This document shows, piece after piece, positions 61,408 through 64,000 of a DNA stretch of 64,000 nucleotides; the stretch's first letter is position 1, and each line of letters begins with the position of its first letter. The notes below the pieces were generated by a model. That model saw only the letters and a program-made list of their open reading frames with translations. It was not told the DNA's origin and did no database searches. The DNA lies in NCBI GenBank assembly GCA_965112735.1, contig OZ218960.1:1736001-1800000 (forward strand), given 5' to 3'. A program made the position numbers and the translations under genes. The stretch comes from Phaeosaccion multiseriatum (lineage: Eukaryota; Protista; Ochrophyta, other classes).

Positions 61408-63654
61408 ATGGCCGAGGAGGACATAGACGATGATAACTATCTGTCCAGTAGCGGGGAGGACTACGAGGAGGGCGATAGCGACGGCGAAGATGGGTGGGAC
61501 GGGGAAGATACAGCAGACAGGTAAGTCAAAGCGGCTATAGCGATATCACCACGGGTAGTTGTGGAGAAGAGAGAAGAGCAAGTGTTCCTCCTCCTCACCG
61601 AAGGTTCTCTCTCATCAGGGGGGGGAAGGGTTCCTACGACGATGACCTACCCGCCATTGGCGAAGAAGACGAGGATGCAATAAGCGACCCGCAGGCTGAG
61701 AAGAGAAGAAGGGGAGGGGGCGGAGACGGCGGCATCGGCAGTAGCAGACAGGAGGGGGGAGGAACCCTCGTCGAGGAGGGGTACAAGCTCTCGGAACGCG
61801 AGGAGAGACGCTTGATTGGAGCCTTCTTGATCAGCCGAGGAGCCATCCGCGACGAGGTAGCACCTGGGGAGCGGAGGGAGTACTACCTTTCGCCCTCCCG
61901 CTCCAATGATTGCTTTCGAGAGGTAGGAATGTTACGAGCCTAACATGTTCATCCTGCCGTTCGTGTGGGTGGCTGATGGTGCCACTCTCTCTGCCACCAT
62001 CGTTCGTCGATAAGCACAACATCCCGTCGTCAGTGGAGCTGACCTCAATCATCGAATGCCCGAATGATACTACATGGACGCCTACCCCCTCGCTACTTTC
62101 CTCCCCTCGTTTTGATTTCTCTGCGCAACGCAGTTCTGCACCATCCTCATCTCTCTCGGTGTGAAGCTCAGGGAGGCGGACATGAGACTGGACTTCCAAC
62201 AGCTCGTCAAGGAAGCGCAAGCGTGAGTGCGTACGCGTGGTGTGTGTGTGTATGTGTGTGTATGTGTGTGTGCTTGTGTGTATGTGTGTGTGCGTGTGGA
62301 TATGCGTGTGTGTGTGAGTGTGTGTGTTTGTATATTTGTGTGTCAGTCTCAGTCTCCTTAGGGAAGGGCTCCATGTAGGATAGGGGGAGGAGGGGCACTC
62401 CTCTCTTCGTTCACGCAATGCAATGAGAGTACAACCAGCCCTGAGGTGCTTTGCTGACACTTCATCTCCCCGTGGTGCGTGTGTTTGGATTGTTGTAGGT
62501 GGTATGCCTGTCGTACTCTTGTCTATCCCTAAGCCAATATGGTCCACGCTGCCTTCAATGAGTTTCCCCTGCCGTGCACTGCACTGTATCTTGGTGCACA
62601 ACACAACGCCTTACCATACCGCACTCGATTGCTCTACACTATCTGACTTATACCGCACTCGCAGTCGGGAGCCCGATGACCCGCGCCTGACGCTGGACAC
62701 ATTGCGCCGGTACTACGTCTCCAAGATGCAAGGCAAGCATCAGGAAGAGAAAATCAGGTACGGGTGCAGGAGTAGTTGACGTTTAATTGGACCCTATCCA
62801 ATGCCAAGAGATACCACTCAGAGATCGATCGAATGGGTACTACTACTTACGTATACAAGGGCGAGTTTATTTCCCTACAGTAGTGCAGTAGTGTAGTGTA
62901 TGGGTATACACACGGAGAGGGCAGAGGGGCAGAGGACAGAGGATAGAGGGTGATTGACGCGATAAAGTAGAGTAGGCAGCCCAGGCCGGTGGGGGGACTT
63001 GCTTCTAACTATACCTACCAAGAAGTGTAGCATGCATACCATGCCCGTCCTGGGCACACTCACCCACATCTTAGTTACCCACCTCACCTCCCCTCCCCTC
63101 CCCTCCCCTCCCCTCCCCTCAATCGACTGCGCGGCCAGTAGGGAGGAGCCAAGCAGAGTGGGGCTCCTCTGTCTAGTTGTTTTAATGTCTCAGTGCTTCC
63201 TTGTCTTATCTCGATATAATGATGCTGGCCAAACCGAAGCAGCAGCCCGTCTCACAAAATCCAAACAAAGCCCCTCCCTCCCTCCCTCCCTCCCTCCCTC
63301 GCCCCCTCGCTTCCTTCGTTCCTTCCTTCCTTCCTTCCTTCCTTCGTTCCTTCCTTCCTTCCTTCCTTCCTTTCTTTCTTCCTTCCTTCCTCCTTCCCTT
63401 CCTTCTTCCTTCCTTCCATCCTTCCTTCCTTCCTTCCTTCCTTCCTTCCTTCCTTCCTTCCTTCCTTCCTTCCTTCCTTCTTCCTTCCTTCCTCCCTCCT
63501 TCCTTCCTTCCTTCCTTCCTTCTCTCCCAGGATGGCGTGGGAGGGCCTGTGGGGCGCCACTGGAGAGAAAAGCTCCGACGGCGGTCAGCCTTACATCGAC
63601 ACTGTAGAGTACCAACACATCTTCGCCAACATCGGAGAGCCGCTCAACGACGAG
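61408..63654 (+). CDS. Divergent calmodulin/centrin-like EF-hand protein with acidic N-terminus (continues beyond window)
   Basis: Spliced ..[29 protein letters not shown]|[28 protein letters not shown]| resembles calmodulin [30 protein letters not shown]. A donor at 63655 is followed by a purine-rich intron to the window end. Confidence 0.65.
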
Positions 63655-64000
63655 GTTAGGGAGGGAGAGAAGGAGGGAAGGAGGGAGCGAGGCAGGGAGG
63701 GAGTGAGGGGGTGAGGGGGTGAGGGAGGGAGGGAGGGAGGGAGGGAAGGAGGAAGGGAGGGAAAGAGAGAGGGGAGGGAGGGAGGGAGGGAGGGAGGGAG
63801 AGAGGGAGAGAGGGAAGGAGGGAGGGAGGGAAGGAGAGAGGGAGGGATGGAGGGAGGGAGGGGAGGGAAGGAGGGAGGGAGGGAGGGAGGGGGAGAGGGA
63901 GGGATGGAAGGAGGGAGGGAGGGAAGGAGAGAGGGAGGGATGGAGGGAGGGAGGGGAGGAAGGAGGGAGGGGGGGAGGGCGGGAGGAAGGAAGGACAGGA

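Noticed and set aside
1-64000. rRNA, tRNA, snRNA genes and autonomous transposon or viral ORFs
   Set aside because: None recognised by eye; a covariance-model scan (tRNAscan-SE, Infernal/Rfam) would be needed to exclude small RNAs.

Overview
Gene-dense, intron-rich eukaryotic nuclear DNA, most likely from a flagellated photosynthetic stramenopile (ochrophyte; an inference from the tubulin sequences, a signal peptide + Phe bipartite plastid presequence, EsV-1-7 repeats and the ciliary gene CFAP298). Most ORFs in the supplied track are microsatellite artefacts. Manual splicing supports about 18 genes: CFAP298, MED20, a FAIM-like/PX/PDZ protein, a Cys-rich membrane protein ending NDEL, a putatively plastid-targeted ARMT1/DUF89 phosphatase, an alpha-/beta-/alpha-tubulin cluster whose two alpha genes form a ~1.7 kb inverted repeat, an EsV-1-7 repeat protein, a DDX21/RH3-like DEAD-box helicase, a divergent UreF/UreG pair, RRP4, a single-domain globin, a GCK/twin-Cx9C protein, an MFS transporter, a second FAIM-like/PX paralogue, a multi-TM orphan and a truncated EF-hand protein. 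Main leads: (1) many introns have G-rich repeats in the 5' half and complementary C-rich repeats in the 3' half, possibly structure-assisted splicing; (2) a 13-bp core GTATCACCAACTG occurs 7 times in CAG/CTG tracts, including in exons in both orientations; (3) two FAIM-PX paralogues share an intron position; (4) EsV-1-7 repeats sit on 111-nt phase-0 exons; (5) the tubulin inverted repeat; (6) linked UreF/UreG with an unexplained N-terminal region; (7) seven head-to-head gene pairs. No rRNA, tRNA, CRISPR array or intact transposon was recognised. All family calls are by-eye motif recognition, not database searches.
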